The notes: a model not told the origin generated them from the sequence alone. 64,000 nt of DNA from Octopus sinensis (GCF_006345805.1 NC_043004.1:2666001-2730000); one strand, 5' to 3'. Shown: positions 26,321-40,644, counted from the first letter of the stretch. Translations and numbers: made by a program.

Positions 26321-26455
26321 AAATCTATAGTCGTAACATTCGTTGTAACTTCATCCTGGACATTAATTTCGTTAACAAATCAATTATGCACCTCCGAGAA
26401 TGTTTGGAAACGAAAGCAAAAATTACTTATCACAAAGCGGCTGTCGACAGGAAAT
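26321..26455 (+). CDS. Tentative internal coding exon, product unknown
   Basis: cattgtactttacAG acceptor, 135 nt, T|GTATGT donor. Open in phase 1 (EIYSRNIRCNFILD...AAVDRK), matching the end phase of 22416-22728; also open in phase 0. Confidence 0.3.
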
Positions 26456-27258
26456 GTATGTTTTATGAATCAAAGAATGTCTCTACTCATTTCGAATAAC
26501 TTTTTATTGCTACGTATTTTCAGTTGCCAACAGCCGAATCCAATGTTTCAAGATACGTCATTATGACTGATAAAAATCATGCATATTCCAGTAAAACACG
26601 AATTATTTTCAGAAACAAAATATATCATAATATTAATGCTTGATAGTTCATGACATGAAGAAAAATTACGGTAATTATTGGATGATCTGGATAGAATATT
26701 TAGATTTTTTCTTCTGATTGATTTCAATATTCATTTCGTTTTATCTACCACAAAACGAATCCTTACAAGGAAAGCACAAATTGACAGAGAGACAGACACA
26801 GACCGGCAGACGAACAGACGGTAACAAAATGGATCACTTCATCTTTCTTCTTTATCTAATCAACCCTAAAAGGATTGAAATCCAGGTTATAGGAGAACAA
26901 GTTTAAATACACCAACGCATCGATTAGTTGGCTGATTGGCAGATTAATGAGCTGATTGATTGACTTCACTGATTGATGTTCAATATTTGAAAGAGTCTTA
27001 GAGAAGTTAGTCGATATAGAAGTCAGGCGATTTCCGTTATCTTTGGATACAAATCCATTTCATTGATGCCTCTAAACCCGTTTGGAGATTTTTGAAACTT
27101 CAAAATTCTATTTCTTCAAAACCCAAGGCATACGTACTAAATATTATATCATAAATATCAGTCTTAGAGAAAGTACATTTCAACCTCGAACAATTTCTTT
27201 AAAATTCGTAAAAAATATATTCCGGTCTAAATTGGTGTGTGTGGTGTATTATTATATG

Positions 27259-27322
<64 letters not shown>

Positions 27323-27376
27323 TATATAATTACATATATATATATATATACATTATATATATATATAATATATATG

Positions 27377-27410
<34 letters not shown>

Positions 27411-27439
27411 TGTATGTATGTATGTATGTATGTATGTAT

Positions 27440-27630
27440 TTCGCCATGATAGATCGCTAGCGACTAAATCTTTTTCTGTTTTCTCTTCCTGTTTATTTCT
27501 TGTTCCCTTCTGTTGAAGATCGTAGGCTCGAAATAAAAGACTTTCTCACTTCCCGAGCGTTAAACTAATACATATGTTTGTGTTTACACACCCGTCTTCA
27601 TCTTTCGTTTTGTTTTTTTGTAAATTCTCT
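27440..27630 (+). mobile_element. Penelope-like short repeat with CTGTTGA hammerhead-like core
   Basis: cgccatgatagatcgctagcgactaaa...cttCTGTTGAagatcgtaggctcGAAA; homologous to 62140-62510. Confidence 0.65.
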
Positions 27631-27661
27631 TTATATATATATAATATAAATATAAATATAA

Positions 27662-27707
<46 letters not shown>

Positions 27708-27708
27708 C

Positions 27709-27780
<72 letters not shown>

Positions 27781-27816
27781 CATATATATTATATATATAT
27801 ATATATAAAGAATATA

Positions 27817-27896
<80 letters not shown>

Positions 27897-28495
27897 CATT
27901 ATATTATATATATATCATATTATTTTGTATTATATTACATTATATTAAAACTGAAATTAGAACAATGCCAAACTTCACAACATTCAATATATTATTCATA
28001 TATTCAAGTAGAAACTATTTCTGGACAAAAACTTTTCATAAGATACACAATTGCCAACACATGAATTCCTTTCGTTATGTTGTGGACACTCATCAGTAAT
28101 AATATTGAGTTATATTGAGATATCATATTAAAAGATGGGCGACATATTTATTTTCTAATATTTATATTTGTAATATATAATATCAATGATATTAGATAAT
28201 ACCAGTCTAATTCCCAATTTTCAATCTTAAATAAGCAAACGTGTTACCTTCGCACATTTCTAGATATTGAGGGAGAGTCAAGAATTGTTGAGATGGAGGG
28301 GAGGAGAGAGTATTAAAAATGTCTTCATTATATTACAGGTGCAGTAACAGTTTTTTCAACGAAACCGCAATCATATAAACATCTACCTCTTTTCCCTTCT
28401 CTCCTCCTCGCTCTCTCTCTTTCTCACTCCACCTCTCTATATATATATATGTGTGTTTGGGTGTTTTGTAGTGTCTTGAGAGAGTCCTTACACCG

Positions 28496-28622
28496 ATAAT
28501 GATAAACATACGCACAGGTTCAATTCCACTTCTTTATTGCTAGTCAATTGGTTAATGAGTATCAAACCAATTGACTAATAGTAAACAAGTGGAATTGAAT
28601 CTGTGCGTGTGTTTATTATTAT
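28496..28622 (+). other. 127-nt hairpin with 58-bp stem and 11-nt loop
   Basis: The arms differ at 7 positions, 5 of which give G-U wobbles on the + strand. Confidence 0.8.
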
Positions 28623-28725
28623 TTGTGTAATGACTATCTCAAAAATATAGCAGAATTCGTTTCAGCATACGAATACACATTAAGAATCTTACAAACCAAA
28701 TATCAAAACGAAGTGTGTGTATACA

Positions 28726-28762
<37 letters not shown>

Positions 28763-28819
28763 ACAAAATATTAGAAATATATATATATATATAATATAAT
28801 ATATATATATATATAAAGA

Positions 28820-29410
28820 ATGAGAGAGACTCAACTGGAGAGATCGAAAAGTAACGACAGGGAATGTTTTCCGGATGCAGAGGCAGCCCCAATAACTCAT
28901 AACTGTAGAGACAGTGGGAGTGAAATTTCCCCGTGGAAAGATCTGCAAGAATGCAAAAGGGCTCAAAATACACCAAGCTAGGTCCGTCTGTGGAAAAGAG
29001 GATTACAGTTGCAGCGCACAGTGGTAACGTCTGGTGAGACGCAGGAGAAATCCAGGCAGGAAGCACCCCACAGGACTGGAAGTCTCTCAGTACCTGTGTC
29101 ACCTCAAGTCCTCAGGTGGGGTAACCCACCCAATACCACCCCAGAGGGTCAATCCCAGCCAGCGAAAGAACGAATCAAATTATTCAAGATAGCAGATACT
29201 TAAAATAAATTGAATTGTCGCCTTTGGAGTAGGAGAGAAGAATAAAGCTGGAAGCCAGGAGGAGATAAGGAGCACTGACTTGGCCACCTATGTTGACCCA
29301 CCAACGGTTACGGTTCAGGGACGAAACACCTGGTGAACATTGGATACCGTCTGACGACATCGGTCTATCCTGGCAAAGGCCCCTTTAGTTTGTTGAATGG
29401 ATAAAGCGCC
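28820..29410 (+). mobile_element. Internally deleted HERO-like (RLE) non-LTR retrotransposon
   Basis: Decayed N-terminal zinc finger VKFPRGKICKNAKGLKIHQARSVC and QRTVVTSGETQEKSRQEAPHR, joined to C-terminal-like RLWSRREE*SWKPG and a GC-rich 3' UTR. The family call rests on recalled HERO motifs. Confidence 0.55.
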
Positions 29411-29519
29411 TCCTTATAGGTGTCATTAACATATATGTGTGCGTATATACATGTATGTATGTATATATATGAGTGTGTTTCTGTGTGTGTGTGTATGTAT
29501 TCTTTTATTCTTCTATTAT

Positions 29520-29822
29520 TTTATTTGTTTCAGTCACGTGACTGCGGCCATGCTAGAGTACCGCAAATTGATCAAATTGACCCCAGGGCTAATTCTTTGT
29601 AAGCCTAGTACCTATTCTATCGGTCTCTTTTGCCGAAACACTAAGTTACGGGGACGTAAACCCACCAACAAAAGTGATGGTGGGGCGACAAACACAGACA
29701 CACAAAGATATATATATATATATATACGACGGGTTTTTTTTTCAGTTTCCGTCCACCAAATCCACTCAGAAAGCTTTGGTCGGCCCGTGGCTATAGCAAA
29801 AGACACTTACCCAAGGTGCAAC
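29520..29822 (-). mobile_element. SINE family A
   Basis: gtttcagtcacgtgactgcggccatgc...gacacttacccaaggtgc. Confidence 0.85.
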
Positions 29823-29942
29823 GCATGTGGTGCATATATATATATATATATATAGGCCACTCCTGCGACTATATATATATATATGCATCCATATATATAT
29901 ATATATGTTTGTGTATGTATATATGGCGTTATTTTTTTTCAT

Positions 29943-30213
29943 ACCTCTTGCGATACACCTAGACACATCAGCATTGATGTTGCCTGGTGTCAGTAGGCGT
30001 CTCGGGTTTTTCAACAGACACCTTTAGCCAGGCAATCCATCTCCGTCTTTATCAAGCCCCAATTTGTTCCAGTTGGCACTACTCTTTCACACCCCGCACT
30101 TCTTGATCCACAGCCTCCTTGGTGAAATCTCTGCTACTTCCACATTGAGTGATGCCCATCAGGCTATAATAAACACTGCAGAGGGCGTGGCCTACCAACA
30201 CTGAAGTTTCTTG
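29943..30213 (-). mobile_element. 3' end of a second HERO-like element
   Basis: Minus frames give VGHALCSVYYSLMGIT and AEISPRRLWIKKCGV*, followed by a 3' UTR (ggtgtctgttgaaaaacccgagacgcc...gctgatgtgtc) resembling that at 29270-29360. Confidence 0.5.
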
Positions 30214-30399
30214 TTTGTGTTCTGTTATGATTCAAGTTATGACTGAACATAAGACTCAAGGCATTGAGTACTTTCTTTCGTTACCAAACACTAGATGAAT
30301 ATGTGTGTGTGGTGTACGTGTGTGTGTTTGTGTCTGTGTGCGTGTGTGTACGTATGTATTTATATATCTGTCTATGTATGTGTATAATTTTATATATAT

Positions 30400-30430
<31 letters not shown>

Positions 30431-30444
30431 AAGTATATATGTAT

Positions 30445-30478
<34 letters not shown>

Positions 30479-30603
30479 GCACATGCACACACATATATAG
30501 TATATACATACATATATATACATGTCTGTGTATGCAGGCGTATAAGTACATGAATATGCGTGTATATAATATATATTACACATCTATCTATATATATATA
30601 TTA

Positions 30604-30641
<38 letters not shown>

Positions 30642-30780
30642 TATATATATAAACATTTATGCTATAATATATATTATATATATACGTATTATATTATCTA
30701 TATATATATTATATATATTATATGTATTATATATATATATGATATATATGTATTATATATATGTATGTAGTTATATATAT

Positions 30781-30830
<50 letters not shown>

Positions 30831-31984
30831 TATCATATAATATATGTATATGTATATCCTTCATAGCAGATAAAATAACAATGCTGTTAAATATTAACTC
30901 ATGCTAAAAATATATTCGCTTTTCTGAGCCAACTAATCTCTCGGTGATTTTAGTTGGTTGTGAAAATATATAAATCATTAAAGCGCTGCACATATGAAGT
31001 TCGGATAGCTTAAGGCTTGTCGTAGAGAACGAAGCTGAGGACTGACACACGCATCTGTGCGAGGCAATTTACTACATCATTCAATCACTTTCTATGAGCG
31101 GAGGCGGAGGCGGAGGAGGGACGGATTCTGAACTCGCTTTGGTTTCCAGCTCAATCATTCCTAAAGCTATATGTTCTTGTTTCCTTCTCAGCTATTGACA
31201 AATACCCATCCGCCATACTTCTTTTATTGCCTTAACCCCTACAGAGACAATTTACTGTTACATAGCACCTTAAGAATAGCAAGAACAAAGCCGTATCTAA
31301 AGCCTTGCGTGCAGAATGAGCATTTTATAGCGAGAAGAGAATCGCTGTAAGCATGGAGACAAATGCGAAATTTCTCTATTTCTTTATATCAGATAAACCT
31401 CTTCAAGATTAACGAAAATATTCGTTTTCAGACATGAGCTGTGAAGAACTAATCACTTTTGTAATTACATCAATGAACTTAAAATGTTTATCTCTTGTAG
31501 CAAGGTCAAAGGGGAAGGAAACAAACCGGCTTTAATCTAAAGAGTTGTTTGTGCTGTCAGTTTTGTTTAAGCGAACTTGTGTTACTCTGAGCTTCTTGGA
31601 AACGTAAGAAGCCCACGATACAAGGACACATAAACATATACATTCTACACGCACACACAAACCATCGTCTTGCATTATTTGTTACAATTTGCATTGTTTT
31701 GGCTTTAAAAAATAGTTTAAAAAATAACAATACAAAACACACACACACACGTTTACTGTGAGAAGAAATATTTTAACGAAGAAATACACTTTGCTATAGT
31801 CTTATATATTGTTCAATTCACTTTCCATCTCCTTTTCTACTGATCAATCAACAGGCTTAGGGCTGGTCAGATTAGTGAAAAAACAAAAGAGGAAATATGT
31901 ACATCGTTCGAGGAATATCTTTATCAGAGTCTTGCCTCCACACAGCATAAATGAATCTTACACTTTTTCTCTTTTTACCTCTTT

Positions 31985-32019
<35 letters not shown>

Positions 32020-32219
32020 GGGGTGTATATACAAAGCTTTTACATTTTACTTTTGACAATCTTTTTCTAAAAAGGTGAAAACGGTCAAGTGAATAAACGC
32101 CTTTTAAAATTGCATTTTCAAACCTTCTTTCATATATATTTCCACTCGTGCGGTAGCGTACAACACTTTGTTATATATATACATGCACACACACATATAT
32201 AAATATACACACACACACA

Positions 32220-32269
<50 letters not shown>

Positions 32270-32284
32270 ATATATATATATACT

Positions 32285-32695
32285 CTTTACTCTTTTACTT
32301 GTTTCAGTCACATGACTGCGGCCATGCTGAAGCACCGCCTTTAGTAGAGAAAATCGACTCCAGGACTTATTTTTTGTAAACCTAGTACTTATTCTATCGG
32401 TCCCTTTGCCGAACCGCTAAGTTACGGGGACGTAAACACACCAGCATCGGTTGATAAGCGATGTTGGGGGGACAAACACAGACACAGAAAGATACACACA
32501 CGCGCATATATTTATATATGCATATACATATATACGACGGGTTTCTTTCAGTTTCCGTCTACCAAATCCACTAACAAGGCTTTGGTTGGCCCGAGACTAT
32601 AGTAGATGACACATGCCTAAGGTGCTACGCAGTGGGTCTGAAGCTGGAACCATGTGGTTAGTAAGCAAGCTACTAAGCACAGAGCAACTCCTATA
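32285..32695 (-). mobile_element. SINE family A, near full length
   Basis: All family A blocks are present. Confidence 0.9.
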
Positions 32696-33044
32696 TATAG
32701 GGATAATTCAGAGATAAAGAGAGATGCAAACATACAAAACACATATATATATATGGCACTTCAGAAATGTAACCATACATGGACTGACAGTGATTTTACT
32801 TCTTATTCTTTGGAATTTCCCTTTCTCCTCTCTGACGAAGAGCCATGCCCGAAACATTAAATGCTCTCTCCTTTCAACGGGCACCAAACTAGTAAATTTC
32901 TTGAGCACATCCTTACGTTCATTTTTTTTCTTTTTCTTTTTCTCTTTTCGATTTTTATTCGTTTTTATTTATAATTCTTTGTTCGTTGAATTCACTATAC
33001 CTATATACATACATACATACATGTATGCATAAATACATACATAC

Positions 33045-33075
<31 letters not shown>

Positions 33076-35067
33076 CATACATACATACATACATACATAC
33101 ATACATACATACATACATACATACATACATGCATGCATACATACATACATACATACACATACATACATAGATGTATGCATACATACATACATACTTACAT
33201 ACATGCATGCATGCATGCATACATACATACATACATACATACATACATACATAAATACATACATACATACTTTGCCTGGCTTCTGCATAGTTTCCGAGTG
33301 CTAATTTCCCAAAATGTGTATTAGCCAAAATGGAGACTTTTGTGGAAGATAGATGACCAATGTACTGTGTGTATATTAAAATAGAACAAGGGATTAAGTT
33401 ATTGACGTAAACTATGATATTTAAACAAAAAATAAATATACTGAAACAGGCAATTAATAAATGCATCGGCATCACATATGTTCTATATATGTTATATAGA
33501 CTGCTTATGCGTATGTTTGTATTTGTGTGTGTGTGCATGCGGAAGAGAGAGAAAGACTGTGTCTTACATTGATTTCAACAATGAGTATTGAATAGTTAAA
33601 TCGCCTGAATGGTCTCGTAAAGTAGCTAAGTAGCTCAGTGGCTGAGTATTCCACAGTCCTGTGCACCCTTAATGTATTTCTAACCTAAGTGACATTTGTG
33701 TATTAGAGCAACGATCTAGACCACCTGTTTCTACACACTTTACATTAATCCAATACCATTTCCTGCGTCCGACTGGAATCAGATGCAGAAACATTCTCTC
33801 CTAAGGTGTCATGCGCTATGTTCGAGCTCAGAGCCTTGTTATCATGAAGTGAACGTTTTATGGTTACACGCTGTTTGTTTTTTTGTTTTCAGTTGGTTTC
33901 TGTTGTTGTTGTTTTTGTTGGGTTTTTTTTTTTGCTTCTTTTCTTCCTTGTTTATCAATCAATCAATAACCTGGAGAGATGAAACCAGCAAAATCTCGCA
34001 TAATTTCCATTAGTTACAGTAGTGAGTGTCATGGTAGGAAATACAACCAGCGAGTACGGAACCGACTCACAAACATTAGTGCTAAGTGTGACGAATCTCC
34101 CCCACCCCACCAATCCGAATATCACCTGTAATTGTTATCTTGCCTTTCTTTATACAAATTATTTCAGACTTTCTTTTTTTCACCTGAAGACAGGAAGTAT
34201 GCTGAGTGATCAAAAGCGGGAGCTAATCATCTCCCGAGCATGTTTGTAACGACTCATTAACTACATACTAATTTCTGAACCCCTATAAAAGTCGACACGA
34301 CATTGAAATCGGGGACATAAATTAAAGTTGTATGAGGACCAGCGAACTACAAACACGGCGAAAAATTAAGCCCATTAACGCCTGGCTAAAAGGGAATCCT
34401 CTAGAAATAGAAGCCACATGTTTCCCATCACAAATTCTTTTGTTATAAATGTAGAAGGTCACGTTGGATAATGTGGCCCTTGAAGCACACTGCCTGGAAA
34501 AATAAAAATAGTAAACGAGAAAGAGAAGATGAAGACGTGAATGACTTGAATACCTTTGATCATTTGTTTTCTTAATCATGGCTCACCTGGGGCTAAACGT
34601 CACCACCAACAATAACAATAATTTTAACACGACATCATTTATGAAAGGGCTCTCCTACGTCTGGTTCAACCTGCTAGAAACAGCAGACAAATCTCCCAAA
34701 AGTTATACTCTTATTTTAAACACTGTATGTAAACAGCTTAAATGAATTTGATTATAAATCTGATAGATTATAGATCTCATCGATCGCTATTAAGCACCAG
34801 CAATGTCAATATACAACACATTAAACTAGAAATTAAAACTAATTGATTAATAATTACAGTTATTTTCATTAAATCTTTTTTCTCTCCCTTTTTTACACTG
34901 CGATCACTTTGATGTACCCCCGCCTATTGATTGAGGCACCTTTTTGTTACAGGCGTTCCAACCATGACTAGTACATTATAAATCGTGCACACAGTATCAT
35001 GGACTGCATTATTCAACGTGTTTTTCCATTTTGAATGCGATCTGAGTGTGTGGCTGATTGATTTGAA

Positions 35068-35119
35068 TGAGATCGGACTGCAGTTTCTACCACATTGCAG
35101 AAACTGCAGACCGATCTCA
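35068..35119. ncRNA. Pre-miRNA-sized near-perfect hairpin in unique sequence
   Basis: tgagatcgg-a-ctgcagtttct [accacattgc] agaaactgcag-a-ccgatctca: 20 pairs plus one A-A mismatch, 10-nt loop. Confidence 0.3.
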
Positions 35120-35569
35120 GTCCGAATTTGGTTGGAATCAGCACTTGTGACCAAGAACAAATTAAGGTAGGATGAAAAGAGAGTAAGATAAGGCAGTTGG
35201 GCACTAAATTACGATTTTTTACGTTCTGTGTTAAAGTCACACCATGGTAAACTAAAATGTTCACTCTTTCCGGGAGAATAAACCCAGTGCCAGTTACGGG
35301 TCTTGTGTTCTCGGTTCAAATCACCTCAATGTCCAACTTATCTTTCATTTTTAAGGAAAATGTACGAATGAAGTACTAAAACTGATTTAATATTCCTGAG
35401 AATATTCTGCATCCTAGAAGTAACTGAAATTATTAGAGGAAACGAGGACGAAATATAGATTTATATATAAATAAGTCAATTAAAACAGAGAAATGAGAGG
35501 GAAAGAAGATTAAGTTTGTCTGATTACATCTAAGGCGTTTGTGGAATACCCAGAATAATGTTTTCTACT

Positions 35570-36066
35570 CTAGGCACAAGGCTAGAAATTTTGTGGGAGG
35601 GTGTCAGTCGATTACATCGACCCCTGTACGCAAATGATACTTAATTTATCGACCCGGAAAGGATGAAAAGCAAAGTCGACCACGGCGGAATTTGAACAAA
35701 ACATGTAAAGACAGACGAATTACCTATTTCTTTACTACTCACAAGGGGCTAAGCACAGAGGGGACAAACAAGGACAGACAAACGGATTAAGTCGATTATA
35801 TCGACCCCAGTGCGTAACTGGTACTTATTTAATCGACCCCGGAAGGATGAAAGGCAAAGTCGACCTCGGCAGAATTTGTACTCAGAACGTAAAGACAGAC
35901 GAAATACCTATTTCTATTTCTTTACTACCCACAAGGGGCTAAACACAGAGAGGACAAAGAATGACAGACAAACTGATTAAATCGATTATATCGACCCCAG
36001 TGCGTAACTGGTACTTATTTAATCGCCCCCGAAAGGATGAAAGGCAAAGTCGACCTCGCCAGAATT
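35570..36066 (-). mobile_element. Multimeric SINE family B (about three units, ~183-bp period)
   Basis: gtaaagacagacgaa(a/t)tacctatttc recurs at ~35705 and ~35890, and ggatgaaa(g)gcaaagtcgac occurs three times. Confidence 0.85.
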
Positions 36067-36689
36067 TGAAGAGAGCAAGAGAGAGACTAAAAGTATAATA
36101 TCCTTCACTGTATAGCCTTCATCGTTTGTAGATTTTATATACTTAATCTACTAAATCAGTTTCAATCGACTACACACTCAGTCTTTTTAGGACTACAGAC
36201 ATTTGCAAAAGTGAGTAAATCACAACAGGCGTAACATTCCCGGCTCTAGAATAATTACATCCGTTTTATATCAGCAAGAAGAACAGTACCACACAAAGTT
36301 GATGATCTTCCTATTCCAATACCATCAGAAAATGGCGTTCAGATGTCTGACGAAGATGAATTTTGGAATGCAGGAATGTTATCTGACTACTGTTGGATGT
36401 TATACAGAGTTGAACCTGAGACAAAACACCATAGAAAGTCCAAATCCCAAATCTTCTAAGCTGTTATGCATTTGAGTGTATTCTATCTTATTTGCACACA
36501 ATAATTTTAATTTTGTACAATAAAAGGCCATGAAATTATCGCATCTTGTATTCAATATACTTTATATAGACATGCTTTACGTATCCTATAAGTTAAAACA
36601 GCAGGTATCATTAACATGAAAATGTGACCTGATAGAGGAAATCGAACTTCAGATTCGTAATCAGCATCAAAGATTAACCCAGAAAAGTC

Positions 36690-37070
36690 AATCAGCAACT
36701 CTGATGATTAAAAAAATGTTTCGTTTTGTTGACCAGTGAAACGGAATGGCTAAAAAACCTGGCCCCCTGTCGGTTACTACAACGAGTGTCTCAGCTGATC
36801 CGATCAACAGGACCTCCCCATGAAATTCGGAAGTGACTGAGCACTGCACAGGTACACGTACACTTAACGTAATTCTCAATGAGACTCAGAGTGACACAGA
36901 ATGGGACAAGGCTGCACCTTTGAAATACACGTACAGCTCATTATTACCAGCTGAGTAGACTGGACCAACGTGAAATAAGTGTCATGAGCAAGAGACACAA
37001 CGCGCCGCCGAGAATAGAACACACGACCTTACGATCGTAAACCTAAAACCTTAGTCATTAAACCACTCTC
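36690..37070 (-). mobile_element. SINE family D (tRNA head plus conserved central domain)
   Basis: Minus strand cttgctcatgacacttatttcacgttggtccagtctactcagctgg matches 57125-57455. Confidence 0.7.
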
Positions 37071-37220
37071 AAATAGTTAGACTGCAATCATTGGTTAAAT
37101 TTAAAAACCACATCCATTCTAGACGGTATTTTCTTTATTATCCAAAAGTGTCGATCATTAATTTTAACGATGTTAATTCATTTATCGTTTTTAGATTTTA
37201 ACTTGTTGGGTTTTATATAT

Positions 37221-37309
<89 letters not shown>

Positions 37310-37669
37310 ATATATATATATATTTGTTTGGATATTCCCAGTTGATTGAAGGTTCTCAAATCCTTGTATGGCATAAATGGCATCCTACATGGAAACAGAA
37401 TCCTTTTCTGAAACCAATATTATTTTGTTATCTTTATGCATTCAGATCATCATCAATTCATTTTATTTCTTTATCGATTTCTTTATATTATATAAAAACC
37501 TGTTTATTTAATAAGAAATCCAGTGTTTTAATATGATAAACTTAATCATAACAAACATCCAGTTATATTCCTTCTCGATAGAGCATCAGTTGCTTCATTC
37601 GATTGTTCAGCTTTATTTCACGGCCTGGAAAAAGGGAAATATTTATGATTATTTTAACTATTCTAAAGG

Positions 37670-37860
37670 AGGCGAGCTGTGGAAATCGTTAAAACCCGGA
37701 TAAAATGCTTAGCGGCATTTCATCTTTCTTTAGGTTCTGAGTTCAAATTTCATCGAGGTCGACATTGCCTTTCATCTTTCGAGGTCGATAAAATAAGTAC
37801 CAGTTGCTTACTGAGATCGATCCAATTGGTTTCCCCCATCCCTCAAAAAATACTGCTCCT
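37670..37860 (+). mobile_element. SINE family B
   Basis: ggcgagctgtggaaatcgtt...gagttcaaatttcatcgaggtcgac. Confidence 0.85.
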
Positions 37861-38665
37861 CTGCCAACATTTGAACTATTATTTTAGTCATTCTAAGCTG
37901 GTAAACTAGCTTCATAATTAATAAGTAGGACAAAAACACTCAGCGCTATTTCTATAGGCTTCACGTTCTGAGTTCAAATTTTACTACCTTAAACTTTGTC
38001 ATTCCCCCTTTTGGAGCTGACAAAATAAAATATCAGACAAGTACTCAGGCGATTACACTGATCCCCAGTACATGACTGGTAACCCCTACACTGAAACTGT
38101 TGTCCTTGTGCCAAAATTGAAACCGTTATTTTTAACTATTCTAGAATGCTGTTTGATAAATTCTCCAAAACTCTGGCCAAAGTATCTTACGGTATTTAAC
38201 TACTACCCCTTAGGTTTGGAATTCAAAATCCGCCGAGGTCAGTTTTGCCTTTAAGTTATCAGAGGTGGAGTTCAAACTCAACCACCGTCAAGTGATTTCT
38301 TTTTTAATTCTTAGTAATAGATTTGGAGATTAAAGTTTTTTTTTTGTTTTATTTCCCAAAACAATAATGCGCTTAAATAGATTTTGATTTTGGTCGAAAC
38401 TGGATTTGCTGAGGGGAAACTATTTTTCTACGAAACAGGAAAATGGAAGTAAATAAAAAAAAAATGTAGTTAGGTTTCATTCTGCACTAAAGAATACTTT
38501 AGAATATATTGCGGCCATATTTCACCCACTTTGATTTTTAATAATCATCTTGACCCTTTCCGTATTTTTGTAAATCAATGAGGGTCCACTTTAAATCGAA
38601 TTTTACCATGTCTACACACACAAATGGGGTTTTTCCTACCCAAGAACCAACCATCATTATTTACA

Positions 38666-38789
38666 TTATTTACATTTGACGGATATTTGTCCTCATCTTG
38701 TTTGTTGTTAACACAACGTTTCGGCTGATAAACTAAGGTGTCTTCGGGGAATTTCGAACCTGGGTTCTCATTCCTAAGTGACCTGAATG

Positions 38790-38859
<70 letters not shown>

Positions 38860-39037
38860 TGATGATAATAATAATAATAATAATAAAAATTTTAAAAATG
38901 AACGAACTATTGAGTTTGGTTTAATGGCCTACCAATGTATACTATGAGTTTCTTTGCCCTAGGAGTCGGGAGGGCACTCGGCAAGAAATGGAAGCAAATT
39001 TGAACGAAGAAAGAAAAAGTATAATAAAATAATAATA

Positions 39038-39072
<35 letters not shown>

Positions 39073-39212
39073 CAACATCGAAAAATACCTTAGGAATGAG
39101 AACCCAGGTTCGAAATTTCCCCAAGACACTTATGAAGGCTGGAGGGTATATCAGCCGAAACGTTGTGTAAACAACAAACAAGATGAGGACAAATATCCGT
39201 CAAATGTAAATA
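38666..39212 (+). mobile_element. SINE family C / Penelope-like tail preceded by its own inverted copy
   Basis: Arms 38666-38778 and 39089-39212 are reverse complements. The direct arm has gacac-TTATGA-aggctg...cagcc-GAAAC-GTT-gtgt at 39125-39168. gtgacctgaa(taa)n at 38778 is the end of the family C head. Confidence 0.75.
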
Positions 39213-39319
39213 AAGTACATAATTCCCCATCTCTTAAATATAGAAGTGTATAAAAGGTCCTGTTCTCTATTTGTTTTATACAAGACCTAGCGGTCCCAAT
39301 TATAACATTGAAAACTGGA

Positions 39320-39542
39320 AATATCTTTTACTTCTCTCATTTTTTTGACTGCGGCCATACTGGGGTACCGCATTCAAGAACATTTTACTCGAACAAATCG
39401 ACCACCGAACTTTTCCTATCGGTCCTTGTTTGCCGAACTGCTTAGTTATGGTGACATAAACAAAACAGCATCGGTTATCAAGCGGTGGGTGATTGGGAAA
39501 AACACACACACCACAATTATGTAAATATGTGTGTGTGTGAGA

Positions 39543-39614
<72 letters not shown>

Positions 39615-39730
39615 CAACAGGCTTCTTTCTGTTTCCGTCTACCAAATCGACTCACTATGCTTTATTGGGGCCGAGGATATAGGAAACGACTCTTGCCAGA
39701 GGTAACGCCCAAAGGGACTGAACCTGGGAC
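39320..39730 (-). mobile_element. SINE family A
   Basis: gactgcggccatactgggg...ggcttctttctgtttccgtctacc. Confidence 0.8.
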
Positions 39731-40419
39731 ATATTTCTGAAATAAACAAAAAAAATTCTGCTACAACTCGCCCGAATTTGGCAGCACGGCTTTTCGTTCT
39801 TGCTTTGCATTCCTTACTTTACAAATATGATCAGCGCCTCTTTAAAACCTTTAAACCGCTAAGCGCCAACCAGGAATGTAATTTTGGACCCTTAACTCCA
39901 AATGCACCCCCACCACCAACTGGATCCCCATTCTGAAACACTGGCTTAGATGAAGATATCTGAAGCAACTTATCCAAAAAAAGTTGCTTTAGATTGGTCC
40001 CAGAGTGCTTTACGAATTCTCTTGGGGTATTTCATATAATTCAAGTACAATCTACGGAGTATTATTCGAGGGAAGAAAGAAAGAAGAGTAACGTATTTAA
40101 TGTAGATTTAATGTAATCCCAAGCATATGTCTGATATGAGCCTCTTGTAATGATAAGGATAGTGTGTCGTTTACAGAGTTGTGAAAACTGATTTATATCT
40201 AATATATTTTCTCACTAAAAATATATGAATATTTATATTGTTTGTTTTGTATGTTTGAAAAACATTTCTCATAGCGAAAATCGGTATTTTGCTTCACAAA
40301 GTAGGGATAAATTGGCAAATATATCCACACACACGCGCGCGCGTAGACATATATAGACATAGATAGATAGATAGATAGATAGATACATACATACATACAT
40401 ACATACATACATACATACA

Positions 40420-40454
<35 letters not shown>

Positions 40455-40644
40455 GTATATACCAACACAAACACAACATATACACATGCATAGACATATA
40501 GACAGTCACGGACAGATACATACATACATACATACATACATACATACATAGACAGACAGACGGATAGATAGATAAGATAGACAGACAGACAGACAGGCTG
40601 ACAGACAGACAGACAGACAGACGGACAGACAGACAGATAGATAA

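Noticed and set aside
29310-29365. GAAAC...CTGACGA in the HERO-like 3' UTR as a type II hammerhead
   Set aside because: No GUH after the putative stem III and no stem II complementarity.
34022-34249. ORF with Ig/FN3-like YGTDSQTLVLSVT
   Set aside because: No convincing splice sites or conserved Cys/Trp; a competing frame exists on the minus strand.
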